From: Burkholderiales bacterium
GTDB lineage: Bacteria; Pseudomonadota; Gammaproteobacteria; Burkholderiales; Burkholderiaceae_C
Direction: 5' to 3'
DNA: 55,289 bases
Assembly (NCBI GenBank): GCA_028869005.1
Contig: JAGWTJ010000001.1
Location: 1 to 55,289 of the forward strand
Of the stretch, positions 9,961 through 23,862 are shown piece by piece (position 1 is the stretch's first letter; each line of letters starts with the position of its first letter). A program made the position numbers and the translations under genes. Under the pieces are notes generated by a model. That model did no database searches. It was given only the letters and a program-made list of their open reading frames with translations, and had not been told where the DNA came from.

Positions 9961-10467
9961 ATGGGCAGGCTGCGCCGCATCCTGCGGCATCGCTGGCACG
10001 ACGAACGCGACGCATCGCGTGCGCTCGACGCCGCGGCGCTGGCGCGGCTCGAAGAGCAGGTGGTGGCCAGCGAGCAGCGCCACAGCGGCGAGATCCGCAT
10101 CTGTGTCGAGGCCGGACTGCCGCTGTCGTACCTGTGGCGGCATGCCGGAGCGCGCGAGCGCGCGGTCACGCAGTTCGGCAAGCTGCGCGTGTGGGATACC
10201 GAGCACAACAACGGCGTCCTCATCTACCTGCTGCTGGCCGATCGCGCGATCGAGATCGTCGCCGACCGCGGCCTCGCGCCCTACGCCGGTGCCGAGCATT
10301 GGCGCTCACTGATCGGCGCCTTGGGCAGCGCGCTGCGCACCGGCCGCTTCGAGCAAGGGCTGGCGCAGGCGGTGGCCGACGTCGACGCGCTGCTGGTGCG
10401 TCACTTTCCGCTCGCGCCGGGCGAAGCCAACCCGAACCAGTTGCCCGACCGGCCGGTCGTGGGTTGA
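9961..10467 (+). CDS. TPM domain protein (third gene of the lemA operon)
   Basis: SEQRHSGEIRICVE, LRVWDTEHNNGVLIYLLLADRAIEIVADRG, NPNQLPD; alternative start 9946. Confidence 0.88.
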   Translation: MGRLRRILRHRWHDERDASRALDAAALARLEEQVVASEQRHSGEIRICVEAGLPLSYLWRHAGARERAVTQFGKLRVWDTEHNNGVLIYLLLADRAIEIVADRGLAPYAGAEHWRSLIGALGSALRTGRFEQGLAQAVADVDALLVRHFPLAPGEANPNQLPDRPVVG

Positions 10468-10500
10468 AGCCGCCGAGGCATTGCGCAAGGTACGGGCCCC

Positions 10501-11055
10501 ATGGACATCCCGCGTGCCGACTTCGACACCCCCGGCGACGTGCTGCCGCGCCCGCACGGCAACACCTACTGGCTGCTCGCCGGCCGCGTGCTCGCCGGCG
10601 AGCACCCCGACCCCGGACATCGCGAGGCGCTGGCGCTGCGGCTGCGCGCCTTCCAGGCGGCGGGCGTCACCTGCTTCATCGACCTCACGGGCGACGATTC
10701 GCCCGCCGCCTACGTGCCGCTGCCGGTCGGCGCGCGAGCGGCGCGACGCGAGCCGCATGCCATCGCCGACTTCGGCGTGCCCACGGTGGCCGGCATGCGC
10801 CGCGTGCTCGACGCCATCGATGCCGCGCTGGCGGCGGACGAAGTGGTCTACGTGCACTGCCGCGCCGGCGTCGGCCGCACCGGCACCGTCGCCGGCTGCC
10901 TGCTCGTCGAGCATGGCTTCGCGGCCGACGAGGCGCTGGCGCTGCTGCAGCGCAAGTTCCGCGCGATGACCAAGCGCACGTTCTTTGCGCGCAGCCCCGA
11001 GACCGACGCGCAGCGCGACTTCATCACGGCCTGGCGGCGCGCACGCCCGGGGTGA
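10501..11055 (+). CDS. Protein-tyrosine/dual-specificity phosphatase family protein
   Basis: CX5R loop VYVHCRAGVGRTG, IADFGVP acid loop, PETDAQRDFI. Confidence 0.9.
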   Translation: MDIPRADFDTPGDVLPRPHGNTYWLLAGRVLAGEHPDPGHREALALRLRAFQAAGVTCFIDLTGDDSPAAYVPLPVGARAARREPHAIADFGVPTVAGMRRVLDAIDAALAADEVVYVHCRAGVGRTGTVAGCLLVEHGFAADEALALLQRKFRAMTKRTFFARSPETDAQRDFITAWRRARPG

Positions 11056-11103
11056 GCTCGGCTTGCCCGGCGTGCCCGACGGACCCGACCGCAGGCGGCG
11101 CGC

Positions 11104-11922
11104 TCAGATCGGCTTCCAGCGCCCCTTGAAGGTCTCGGTCAGCGGCTCGTGCTCGAGCGGCGCGAACTCGAGCGGTGTCGGCGGCACCTTGTGCTCGCCG
11201 AGCGCATCGAGCAGATGGCGGATCAGCGCCAGGCGGCCGCGTCGCTGGTCGTTGAAGTCGACCAGCGTCCACGGCGCCTGCCTGGTGTGCGTGGCGGCGA
11301 GCATCTTGCGGCGCGCCTTCGTGTACTCGGCGTAGCGCTGCCGCGCCTCGAGGTCGATCGGACTGAGCTTCCAGCGCTTGAGCGGGTCGTCGCGGCGCGC
11401 CGCGAAGCGCGCTTCCTGCTCGGCCTGATCGACCGTCAGCCAGTACTTGTGCAGCAGGATGCCGTCGTCGACCAGCATGCGCTCGAACACCGGCGCCTGC
11501 GCCAGGAAGGCCTTGGCCTCGGCCTCGCTGCAAAAGCCCATCACGCGCTCGACGCCGGCGCGGTTGTACCAGCTGCGGTCGAACAGCACGATCTCGCCGG
11601 CCGCCGGCAGCTCGGCCACGTAGCGCTGGAAGTACCACTGCGTGCGCTCGCGCTCGGTCGGCTTGGGCAGTGCCACGGTGCGGCACTGACGCGGATTGAG
11701 CGTGGCCGAAATGGCGGCGATCACGCCGCCCTTGCCCGCGGTGTCGCGTCCCTCGACGACGACGACCAGCCGCTTGCCGCTGTGCTGCAGCCAGCGCGCG
11801 ACATCGTTGAGCTCGAGCTCGAGTGCGGCCAGACGCTCGTAGTACTCGGTCTTGCCGAGCCGGCCGGTCCCGCCGTTGCTGCGCGGCTGGCCCGGTTTGT
11901 CGTTCTTGCCCGGCTTGGCCAT
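11104..11922 (-). CDS. ppk2: Polyphosphate kinase 2 (single domain)
   Basis: EGRDTAGKGG (Walker A), WYFQRY, FDRSWYNRAGVERVMGF, DPLKRWKLSPID. Confidence 0.95.
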   Translation of the reverse strand: MAKPGKNDKPGQPRSNGGTGRLGKTEYYERLAALELELNDVARWLQHSGKRLVVVVEGRDTAGKGGVIAAISATLNPRQCRTVALPKPTERERTQWYFQRYVAELPAAGEIVLFDRSWYNRAGVERVMGFCSEAEAKAFLAQAPVFERMLVDDGILLHKYWLTVDQAEQEARFAARRDDPLKRWKLSPIDLEARQRYAEYTKARRKMLAATHTRQAPWTLVDFNDQRRGRLALIRHLLDALGEHKVPPTPLEFAPLEHEPLTETFKGRWKPI

Positions 11923-11969
11923 GGCGTCACCTGGCGCGCGGCGAGCAGGTGTCGAGCAGCGACCGTCGC

Positions 11970-12389
11970 CTACTTCTTCCGGCGCAGCTTCTGGATCGCC
12001 GCGATCTGCGCGGCCATCGCCGCGAATTCGCCCTGCGCCACCGCCAGGTCGATGTTGTTCTTGGCGTTGCGCATCGCTTCTTCGGCCAGCTTCTTGGCCT
12101 CGGCGGCCTTGGCTTCGTCCAGGTCGCGGCCGCGGATCGCGGTGTCGGCGAGCACCGTCACGCCGTCGGGTTGCACTTCGAGGATGCCGCCGGCGACGAA
12201 GACGAGTTCCTCCTCGCCGGTGTCGGCACGCTGGATGCGCACGGCGCCGGGCTTGATGCGGGTGATGAGCGGCGTGTGGCGCGGCAGGATGCCGAGCTCG
12301 CCGCTTTCGCCCGGCAGCGCGACGAACTTGGCTTCGCCGCTGAAGATGCTCTCCTCGGCGCTCACCACTTCGACATGGAGGGTGGCCAT
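11970..12389 (-). CDS. atpC: F1 ATP synthase epsilon subunit
   Basis: [36 protein letters not shown]; last gene of atp operon. Confidence 0.97.
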   Translation of the reverse strand: MATLHVEVVSAEESIFSGEAKFVALPGESGELGILPRHTPLITRIKPGAVRIQRADTGEEELVFVAGGILEVQPDGVTVLADTAIRGRDLDEAKAAEAKKLAEEAMRNAKNNIDLAVAQGEFAAMAAQIAAIQKLRRKK

Positions 12390-12410
12390 CGTCAGACTCC
12401 TGGCTATGGG

Positions 12411-14718
<2,308 letters not shown>

Positions 14719-14757
14719 GACGGACTCCTCTGGGACAGGCGCTGCGCGTCGGGGCGG

Positions 14758-16311
<1,554 letters not shown>

Positions 16312-16354
16312 GGTCGGTTCCTCCAGGCTGCGCCCACGACGGGCGCGAGCGGCT

Positions 16355-16894
16355 TCAGGCGGTGAGCGCGGACTTCATCTGTTCGAGCCGGGCGCGCACC
16401 GAGGTGTCGAGCACTTCGTCGCCGACACTGACGCGGATGCCGCCGATCAGCTCGGGCGCCTCGCGCACCGTGGGGTTGAGCTTGCGGCCGAAGCGCCTCT
16501 CCAGCGCCGTCACGGTCTCGGCCACCTGCACCAGGCTGAGCGGGAACGCGCTCTCGATGACGGCATCGGCGACGCCGCTCTGCGCGTTGACGAGTTCGCC
16601 GAACTGCTGGGCGATCGCCGGCAGCGCCGCCAGACGGCCGTTGTCGAGCACGGTGCGCAGCAGATTGACGACCTTGGCGTCGAAGGCGAGGCCTTTTTGC
16701 AGCGCCACACCGGCGATCAGGTCGAACACCTGCAGCGGCGCGACATTCGGGTTGCCGGCAAAGGCCAGCAATTCGCCGTCGCCGGCCAGCGTGGCCAGCG
16801 CCGCGAGCTGCGTCTTGAGCGCCTCGCCCTGTGCGCCGGCGGCCTTGAACAGGGCCTCGGCGTAGGGGCGGGCGATGGTGGCCAGCTCGGCCAT
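16355..16894 (-). CDS. atpH: ATP synthase delta subunit
   Basis: [35 protein letters not shown]. Confidence 0.96.
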   Translation of the reverse strand: MAELATIARPYAEALFKAAGAQGEALKTQLAALATLAGDGELLAFAGNPNVAPLQVFDLIAGVALQKGLAFDAKVVNLLRTVLDNGRLAALPAIAQQFGELVNAQSGVADAVIESAFPLSLVQVAETVTALERRFGRKLNPTVREAPELIGGIRVSVGDEVLDTSVRARLEQMKSALTA

Positions 16895-16896
16895 GG

Positions 16897-17367
16897 TCAG
16901 AGTTCCGCCTTCAGACGGCCGAGCAACTCGGCGTGCACGCCGGCGTCGACCTCCTTGCGCAGGATCTGCTCGGCGCCCTTGACGGCGAGCGCGGCGACTT
17001 GCTCGCGCAGCACGTCGCGAGCCTTCACCGATTCCTGGGCCGCCTCGGAGCGCGCGGCAGCGACGATCTTGGCGCCCTCTTCGTTGGCCCGCGCCTTGGC
17101 CTCCTCGATCATCTGCTGCGCCAGGCGCTCGGCGTCGGCCAGCCGGCGCGCGACGTCGTCGCGCGCGCTCGACAGTTGCTGCTCGACGCGCTTGTCGGCC
17201 GCGGCCAGCTCGGCCTTGGCCTTGTCGGCGGCCGACAGGCCTTCGGCCACCTTGGCCGCGCGCTCGTCGAGCGCACGTGCGATCGGCGGCCAGATGAACT
17301 TCATCGTGAACCCGACCAGGATCAGGAACACGATCATCTGGATGATCAGTGTCGCGTTGATGCTCAC
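16897..17367 (-). CDS. atpF: F0 ATP synthase subunit b
   Basis: [18 protein letters not shown], long coiled coil; position in operon. Confidence 0.96.
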   Translation of the reverse strand: MSINATLIIQMIVFLILVGFTMKFIWPPIARALDERAAKVAEGLSAADKAKAELAAADKRVEQQLSSARDDVARRLADAERLAQQMIEEAKARANEEGAKIVAAARSEAAQESVKARDVLREQVAALAVKGAEQILRKEVDAGVHAELLGRLKAEL

Positions 17368-17476
17368 TTGAGTCTTCCTCGAAACGCTGCGGGAAGCGGC
17401 GTGCCCGGCATGGGCCGCGCCGCCGCATCGGATCCCACCGCAGCCGGCCGCACGGGCCGTGCCGCGGCGTCGCCGA

Positions 17477-17749
<273 letters not shown>

Positions 17750-17829
17750 CTAGAAGGGAAGTTTTTCGAAGTGGGGGAAAGAGGAAAGAAAAGACCGGAT
17801 TCGGTGCAGCGCTGCCGTCGACGCGCGCA

Positions 17830-18678
17830 TCAATGGCTGTCGTGCGCCTGACCGACGTAGACCAGCGCCAGCATCATGAACACGAAGGCCTGCAACAGGA
17901 TGATCAGGATATGGAAGATGGCCCAGAAGGTGCCGGCGATGACATGCCCGATCGACAGCGGAATGCCCACCGCCGAGAAGAAGGCGCCGCCCATCAGCGC
18001 GATCAGCAGGAACACGAGTTCGCCCGCGTACATATTGCCGAACAGCCGCATGCCGTGGCTCACCGTCTTGGAGACGAACTCGATGATCTGCAGCGCGAAG
18101 TTGAACGGGTAGAGCAGGAAGTGGTTGCCGAAGGGCGCGGTGAACAGCTCGTGCAACCAGCCGCCGGGGCCCTTGATCTTGATGTTGTAGTAGATGCAGA
18201 TCAGCAGCACGGTGACCGACATCGCCATCGTCGCCGACAGGTCGGCGGTGGGCACGACGCGCATGTAGGCGCCGTGGTCGCCCTGCGCCGTCTGCCAGGC
18301 CCAGGGCAGCAGATCGACCGGCAGCAGGTCCATTGCGTTCATCAGCACGATCCAGACGAACACGGTGAGCGCCATCGGGCCGACGAACTTGCGGCTCTCC
18401 TCGTTGTGCACGATGCCGCGCGCCTCGGTGTCGACCCATTCGACGAGGAATTCCACCGCCGCCTGCAGCCGGCCCGGCACGCCCGAGGTCATGCGGCGCG
18501 CCACGCTCCACATCACGAGGCAGCTCAGGGCCCCCAGCAGCAGCGCGTAGGCGACGGTGTCGAGGTTGACCGTCCAGAAGCCCGAGCCGATCTGCCAGTT
18601 GTGCAGATGGTGGTTGATGTACTCGCCTGCGGTCAGGCCGGCGCCTGCGACCTCACCCGATGCTTCGTGTGCCGACAT
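17830..18678 (-). CDS. atpB: F0 ATP synthase subunit a
   Basis: YINHHL, VPGRLQ, RVVPTADL, SHGMRLFGNMYAGE, LQAFVFMML. Confidence 0.97.
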   Translation of the reverse strand: MSAHEASGEVAGAGLTAGEYINHHLHNWQIGSGFWTVNLDTVAYALLLGALSCLVMWSVARRMTSGVPGRLQAAVEFLVEWVDTEARGIVHNEESRKFVGPMALTVFVWIVLMNAMDLLPVDLLPWAWQTAQGDHGAYMRVVPTADLSATMAMSVTVLLICIYYNIKIKGPGGWLHELFTAPFGNHFLLYPFNFALQIIEFVSKTVSHGMRLFGNMYAGELVFLLIALMGGAFFSAVGIPLSIGHVIAGTFWAIFHILIILLQAFVFMMLALVYVGQAHDSH

Positions 18679-18702
18679 CTCGAACCCGTCCTTCGCTCTT
18701 CG

Positions 18703-19215
18703 CTACACCTTCGTCGGCCCGCTGCGCGGCGACGGTCGCCACAGCAGAGCCAGCCAATACATCTGCATGCACAGCACCAGACCGACCAGCAACGCCGGCC
18801 AGCTCAGCGCCGGCACCAGCTTCGGCGCCAGCGCGAGCATCGCCACCGAAACCGCAATCTTGACCGACTCCCACAACATGAAGCTGACGGCACTCGCGCC
18901 AAGCGACAGGCTGCTCAGGCGACTGGTCATGCCGCGCGCCATCAAGACGCCAGGTAACACCACGCAGGCGGCGCCGTACAGCACCGACCACGCCACTGCC
19001 GCCTTGCCGCCGACGAACCACGCGACCAGCGCCGACACGGCACCGAGCGCCGCCTGCGCCACGACCACACGCCACGGCGACAGTGACGGTTGGCGCGCGC
19101 GCAGGGCCCGCGCCTCCTCCCTGGTCAGCGTCTTGTGGGCCGGTTCGGCCGCTTCGTCTTCCCACTTCGCCCATCGTTGCGTGCGTTCGGCCAGGGGGTC
19201 GGGCGCGATCGCCAT
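18703..19215 (-). CDS. atpI: ATP synthase subunit I
   Basis: Hydrophobic 4-TM protein first in atp operon; KTLTREEA, SPWRVV, WESVKI. Start could be 19227. Confidence 0.85.
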   Translation of the reverse strand: MAIAPDPLAERTQRWAKWEDEAAEPAHKTLTREEARALRARQPSLSPWRVVVAQAALGAVSALVAWFVGGKAAVAWSVLYGAACVVLPGVLMARGMTSRLSSLSLGASAVSFMLWESVKIAVSVAMLALAPKLVPALSWPALLVGLVLCMQMYWLALLWRPSPRSGPTKV

Positions 19216-19262
19216 CACGGTGGGCACGGTCAGGTTTCGGATGCGGCGGGCAAAGCCTGCGG

Positions 19263-19268
19263 ATTATA
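19263..19268 (-). promoter_or_regulatory. Probable sigma70 -10 box of the atp operon
   Basis: Perfect TATAAT on the minus strand about 50 nt upstream of atpI; no convincing -35. Confidence 0.6.
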
Positions 19269-19309
19269 GGGAACATTCGCGGCGTTTCCGGATCACCAGC
19301 AGGCACGTG

Positions 19310-19342
19310 GCTGCGACGCGGCTGGCGCATCCGCGTCGCAGC
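19310..19342. repeat. Perfect 12-bp inverted repeat in the atp/dsbD intergenic region
   Basis: GCTGCGACGCGG-N9-CCGCGTCGCAGC; function unknown. Confidence 0.7.
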
Positions 19343-19482
19343 GCAGCGCGCCGCAGGTGCCGCGACGGCACGACGAATTGGCGCCGGATTGATCCGCCGT
19401 GCTGCGCGGACATCGCGGATGTGATCTGATGGCGCCCCTTGTCGCGCGCGCAACGTCGCGCGGCCATCGTGCCGAACGCCTC

Positions 19483-21690
19483 ATGTCCTCGTCGATTCAA
19501 CGATCCGGCCTGCGAGCCTGCCTGACGACCGCGCTGGCAGCCCTGCTGCCGTGGGCGGCGGCAGGGGCGTCGACCGCCACCGCGGTGGTCGTCACACCGC
19601 AGGTGCGCGCCGAACTCGTGGCGCAGGCCCCCGAGGGCGTGGCGCCGGGCAAACCGCTCATGCTCGGGCTCAAGCTCGAACACAAGCCGGGCTGGCACAC
19701 CTACTGGAAGAATCCGGGCGACTCCGGCCTGCCGACCACGCTCGCCTGGACGCTGCCCGCCGGCGTGAGCGCGGGCGACATCGAGTGGCCGACGCCGAGC
19801 CGCTTGCCGATCGGCCCGCTGCTCAATTACGGCTACGACGGCACCGTGCTGCTGCCGGTGACGCTGCAGATGAGTCCCGGCTTTGCCGCCGCGACGCTGG
19901 CGGTGAAGCTGCACGCCGAGTGGCTGGTGTGCAAGGACGTGTGCATCCCCGAGGGCGGCGACTTCGTGCTCGACGTACCCGCCGACGCCGCCACCGCCGG
20001 CGACGCGGCGCTGTTCGCGCAAGCACGCGCCGCGCGCCCGCTGCCGGCTGCCGGCGTCAGTGCCAGCGCCGAAGTGCAAGGCGATGCGCTCGTCGTGCGC
20101 GTGGCCGGACTGCCGGCGCCGTGGCTCGGCAAGCCGCTCGCCTTGTTCCCTGAGACACCCGGCGTGCTGCACAACGCCGCAGTGCCCGAGGCGCGCTGGG
20201 AGGGCGGCGAGTGGCGCGCGCGTCTCGCCCTCGACCCACAGCGCAGCGACGGGCCGGCGACGCTGCCTGCCGTGCTGGTGGCCAGCGGCCAGGCCGCGGG
20301 AATCGAAGTACCGATCTCGGTCAAGGGCGGCTGGCCGCCGCTGCCGCCTGTATCGGGCGCACAGAGTGCACAGGGCGCGCAAGGCGTGCAGGGCGGTGCG
20401 CCGCCGCAGACGACCGGCAACGACCGCTCGGCGCCAACCGCAGGCGGTGTCGGTTCCATGCCGGCGGCAGCGCCGATCGGCCTCGGCCTGGCCCTGCTGC
20501 TCGCGCTCGGCGGTGGCGTGCTGCTCAATCTCATGCCCTGCGTGTTTCCGGTGCTCTCGCTCAAGGTGCTGGGCTTTGCGCGTCACGCTGCCGATCGCCG
20601 CCACACGCTCGCCGCCGGGCTGGCCTACACGGTGGGTGTGGTGGCGTCGTTCGTCGCGCTGGCCGCGCTGATGCTCGCGCTGCGCGCCGGTGGCGAGCAG
20701 ATCGGCTGGGGCTTCCAGTTGCAGTCGCCGTGGTTCGTGGCCACTCTGGCGCTGCTGTTCACGCTGATCGGGTTGAACCTGGCCGGCGTGTTCGAGTTCG
20801 GCGCCATGCTGCCCGGCACCTGGCTGGCCGCGCGCGCGCGCCATCCGATGACCGATGCGCTGCTCACCGGCATCCTGGCGGCGGCAGTCGCCTCGCCCTG
20901 CACGGCGCCGTTCATGGGCGCTGCGCTCGGCCTGGCGGTCACGCTGCCGTCGTCGCAGGCGCTGGCAGTCTTCGCCGCGCTCGGCCTGGGCATGGCGCTG
21001 CCGTATCTGGCGGCCAGCGCCTGGCCGGGCCTGGCCGCGCGGCTGCCGCGGCCGGGCGCATGGATGGCGCACTTCAAGGTGCTGATGGCGTTCCCGATGT
21101 TCGCCGCCGTCGTCTGGCTGGTGTGGGTGCTGGGCCAGCAGGTGGGCATCGACGGCGCCGCGACGCTGCTCGGCGTGCTGGTCACTCTGGCCTTCGCGGC
21201 CTGGGCGCTCGGTTCGCGTTCGCTCGGGGCGACGGCACGGCGCGGCTTCGGAGCCGCGGCCGTGCTGCTGGTCGCCGCCGCCCTGACCTGGGCCCTGCCG
21301 ACCTGGCGCCACGAGGCCGTCGCGCGCGCTAGCGACGTCGGCGAGCGCTGGCAGCCCTGGTCGAGCGAGCGCGTGGCGCAGGCGCTCGCGCAGGGCCAGC
21401 CGGTGTTCGTCGACTTCACCGCCGCCTGGTGCGTGACCTGCCAATTCAACAAGCGCACGACGCTCGGGCGCGACGAGGTGCAGGCGGCCTTCGCCGACAA
21501 GCGCGTGCTGCTGCTGCGCGCCGACTGGACGCGGCGTGACGCCGCCATCAGCGCCGAGTTGGCGCGGCTGGCGCGCAGCGGGGTGCCGGTGTATGCGCTC
21601 TATGCGCCGGGCCGCGCGGCACCGATGCTGTTGAGCGAGATCCTCAGCGTGGACGAAGTCCGGCGCGCGCTGGCCACGCTGCCGTCCTGA
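19483..21690 (+). CDS. dsbD: DsbD-family thiol:disulfide interchange protein
   Basis: GWHTYWKNPGDSG, WLVCKDVCIP, NLMPCVFPVLSLK, ASPCTAPFMG, thioredoxin domain VFVDFTAAWCVTC. Confidence 0.9.
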   Translation: MSSSIQRSGLRACLTTALAALLPWAAAGASTATAVVVTPQVRAELVAQAPEGVAPGKPLMLGLKLEHKPGWHTYWKNPGDSGLPTTLAWTLPAGVSAGDIEWPTPSRLPIGPLLNYGYDGTVLLPVTLQMSPGFAAATLAVKLHAEWLVCKDVCIPEGGDFVLDVPADAATAGDAALFAQARAARPLPAAGVSASAEVQGDALVVRVAGLPAPWLGKPLALFPETPGVLHNAAVPEARWEGGEWRARLALDPQRSDGPATLPAVLVASGQAAGIEVPISVKGGWPPLPPVSGAQSAQGAQGVQGGAPPQTTGNDRSAPTAGGVGSMPAAAPIGLGLALLLALGGGVLLNLMPCVFPVLSLKVLGFARHAADRRHTLAAGLAYTVGVVASFVALAALMLALRAGGEQIGWGFQLQSPWFVATLALLFTLIGLNLAGVFEFGAMLPGTWLAARARHPMTDALLTGILAAAVASPCTAPFMGAALGLAVTLPSSQALAVFAALGLGMALPYLAASAWPGLAARLPRPGAWMAHFKVLMAFPMFAAVVWLVWVLGQQVGIDGAATLLGVLVTLAFAAWALGSRSLGATARRGFGAAAVLLVAAALTWALPTWRHEAVARASDVGERWQPWSSERVAQALAQGQPVFVDFTAAWCVTCQFNKRTTLGRDEVQAAFADKRVLLLRADWTRRDAAISAELARLARSGVPVYALYAPGRAAPMLLSEILSVDEVRRALATLPS

Positions 21691-21744
21691 GCCCCTGCAG
21701 CCCCGCCAGCGTCGGCCATTCGCGCAGCTTGCGCAGCGCCCGTC

Positions 21745-23331
21745 TCAGGGCGCGCTCGCGTACTGCACGGCCAATTGCTCAAAGCCGGCAGCGTCCACCG
21801 GCCGGCCGAGTTCCTCTTCCAGCAGCGCAGCCACGCCGCGCGCCTGTCGAGCGGCCTCGGCGGCGTCGAGGAACAGCAGACGCGAACGCCGCGCCAGCAC
21901 GTCGCCGACCTGGCGCGCCATCTCGTAGCGCGCGGCAAAGCGCACCATCGCCTCGCTCAGGCCGCCCTGGCCGCTCTCGGCGTCGCGCCACAGCCAGCGC
22001 TGGGCGCCGGGCAGGCGCGCCAGCAGAGCGGCCTCGCTGCCATACAGGTGCTCGCCCGGTGCTTCGGCCAGCGGCCGGCCGGGAGCCGCGCCCACCAGCG
22101 GCAGCCGTACCGTGACGCCGCCGCGGCGCTCGGGCAGCAGGCCGCGCGCCATCGCTCGCGCGAGCACGTCCTCGGCCATCGCACGGTAGGTGGTCCATTT
22201 GCCGCCGGTGACAGTGACCAGGCCCGAGCGACCGACCACCACGGTGTGCTCGCGCGACAGTGCCTTGGTGTTCTCTCCGTCGTCGCCCGAATGCTTGACG
22301 AGCGGGCGCAGGCCGACCCAGACCGAGCGCACATCGGCGCGCGTCGGCGAGCGCGCCAGGTAGCGGCCGGCTTCGCGCAGGATGAAGTCGACCTCGTCGC
22401 GAAACGGCCGCGGCTCCGCCACGATGTCCTCGCGCGGCGTGTCGGTGGTGCCGAGGACGGTCTTGCCGAGCCAGGGCACGGCGAACAGCACGCGGCCGTC
22501 GCTCGTCTTGGGCACCATCAGCGCGTGCGTGCCGGGCAGGAAAGCGCGATCGACGACGAGGTGCACGCCCTGGCTCGGCGCCACCATCGGCGCGCGCGGC
22601 GGCGCGCCGGCGTCGCGGTCCATGTCGCGCACGGCATCGACCCACACGCCGGTGGCGTTGACGACGCAGCGCGCGTGCAGCTCGTGGCGCGTGCCGCTCT
22701 CGGCGTCCTCGGCGACCACGCCGCGCACGCGGCCGCCGGCGCGCACCAGCGCCACCACCGGCGCGTGGTTGAGCACGAGGGCGCCGCGCGCCGCGGCGGT
22801 GCGCGCCAGCGTGACCGCGAGCCGCGCATCGTCGAACTGGCCGTCCCAGTAGCGCACCCCCCCGGTCAGGTCGTCGCGGCGCACCGTGGGCAACAGCTCG
22901 GCCGTGCGTGCCGCCGACAGCCACTGCGTGGCGCCCAGGCCGCGCGCGCCGGCCAGCAGGTCGTACATCTTCAGTCCGACGCCGTAAAAGGGCTGCTCCC
23001 ACAGGTGGAAGGCGGGCACGACGAAGGGCAGACGCTGCGCCAGGTGCGGCGCATTGGCCAGCAGCACGCTGCGCTCGTGCAGCGCCTCGCGCACCAGCGC
23101 GATGTTGCCTTGCGCCAGATAGCGCACGCCACCGTGCACGAGCTTGGTGGCGCGCGAGCTGGTGCCTGCGGCGAAGTCGCGCGCCTCGAGCAGCGCGACA
23201 GACAAGCCGCGCGCCGCCGCGTCGAGCGCGACGCCGACGCCGGTGGCGCCGCCGCCGATGACGACGAGGTCCCAGTCGCGCTTCTCGACCAGGCGCGCCA
23301 GCAGTCCGGCGCGCAGCAGCGGCTCGGTCAT
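21745..23331 (-). CDS. glpD: FAD-dependent glycerol-3-phosphate dehydrogenase/oxidase
   Basis: VIGGGATGVG, DFAAGTSSRATKLVHGGVRYL, DGQFDDARL, SQGVHL, GGKWTTYRAMAED. Confidence 0.93.
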   Translation of the reverse strand: MTEPLLRAGLLARLVEKRDWDLVVIGGGATGVGVALDAAARGLSVALLEARDFAAGTSSRATKLVHGGVRYLAQGNIALVREALHERSVLLANAPHLAQRLPFVVPAFHLWEQPFYGVGLKMYDLLAGARGLGATQWLSAARTAELLPTVRRDDLTGGVRYWDGQFDDARLAVTLARTAAARGALVLNHAPVVALVRAGGRVRGVVAEDAESGTRHELHARCVVNATGVWVDAVRDMDRDAGAPPRAPMVAPSQGVHLVVDRAFLPGTHALMVPKTSDGRVLFAVPWLGKTVLGTTDTPREDIVAEPRPFRDEVDFILREAGRYLARSPTRADVRSVWVGLRPLVKHSGDDGENTKALSREHTVVVGRSGLVTVTGGKWTTYRAMAEDVLARAMARGLLPERRGGVTVRLPLVGAAPGRPLAEAPGEHLYGSEAALLARLPGAQRWLWRDAESGQGGLSEAMVRFAARYEMARQVGDVLARRSRLLFLDAAEAARQARGVAALLEEELGRPVDAAGFEQLAVQYASAP

Positions 23332-23342
23332 GGCGCGCGCAC

Positions 23343-23849
23343 TCAGCGGCGCGCGGCCGGCGCGTCCAGGTCCACCATCAGGTAATGCGCCCCGGCGATG
23401 GGGTTGAAGTAGAAGGGCGGGATCTCGACGAAGCCGAGCGAGGCATACAGGCCGCGTGCCGCTTCCATGTCGTCGAGCGTGTCGAGCAGCATCGCGCCGT
23501 AGCCGGCACGCGTGGCCCGCTCCATCAGCGCCTGCGCCAGGCGGCGTCCGAGGCCCAGGCCGCGATAGGCGTCGCGCACGAACAGGCGCTTCATCTCGCA
23601 GGCGTTGGGAACGTCGGCGTCGGCGAGCCGACGCATCGCGACGCAACCGGCCGGCGCGCCGTCCACCAGCGCCAGCAGCAGCACGCCGTGCGGCGCGGCG
23701 TACTCGCCGGGCAGCGCCGCGAGTTCGCGCTCGAAGTTCTGGAAGCCGAGGTCGATGCCGAGCGAATCGGCATATTCGCGCATCAGCGTGCGCGCGGTCT
23801 CGATGTCGGCCGCGTCCTGGGCCACGACGATGGCGATGCGGCGATCCAC
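23343..23849 (-). CDS. GNAT family N-acetyltransferase
   Basis: ELAALPGEYA, CEMKRLFVR, RGLGLGRRL, MLLDTL, LYASLGF. Start (GTG 23849) inferred. Confidence 0.88.
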   Translation of the reverse strand: MDRRIAIVVAQDAADIETARTLMREYADSLGIDLGFQNFERELAALPGEYAAPHGVLLLALVDGAPAGCVAMRRLADADVPNACEMKRLFVRDAYRGLGLGRRLAQALMERATRAGYGAMLLDTLDDMEAARGLYASLGFVEIPPFYFNPIAGAHYLMVDLDAPAARR

Positions 23850-23862
23850 GGCAGCGGCGCAC

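Noticed and set aside
17368-17476. Structured RNA between atpE and atpF
   Set aside because: GC-rich pairing is expected by chance and I recognise no RNA family motif; at most an mRNA stability element.
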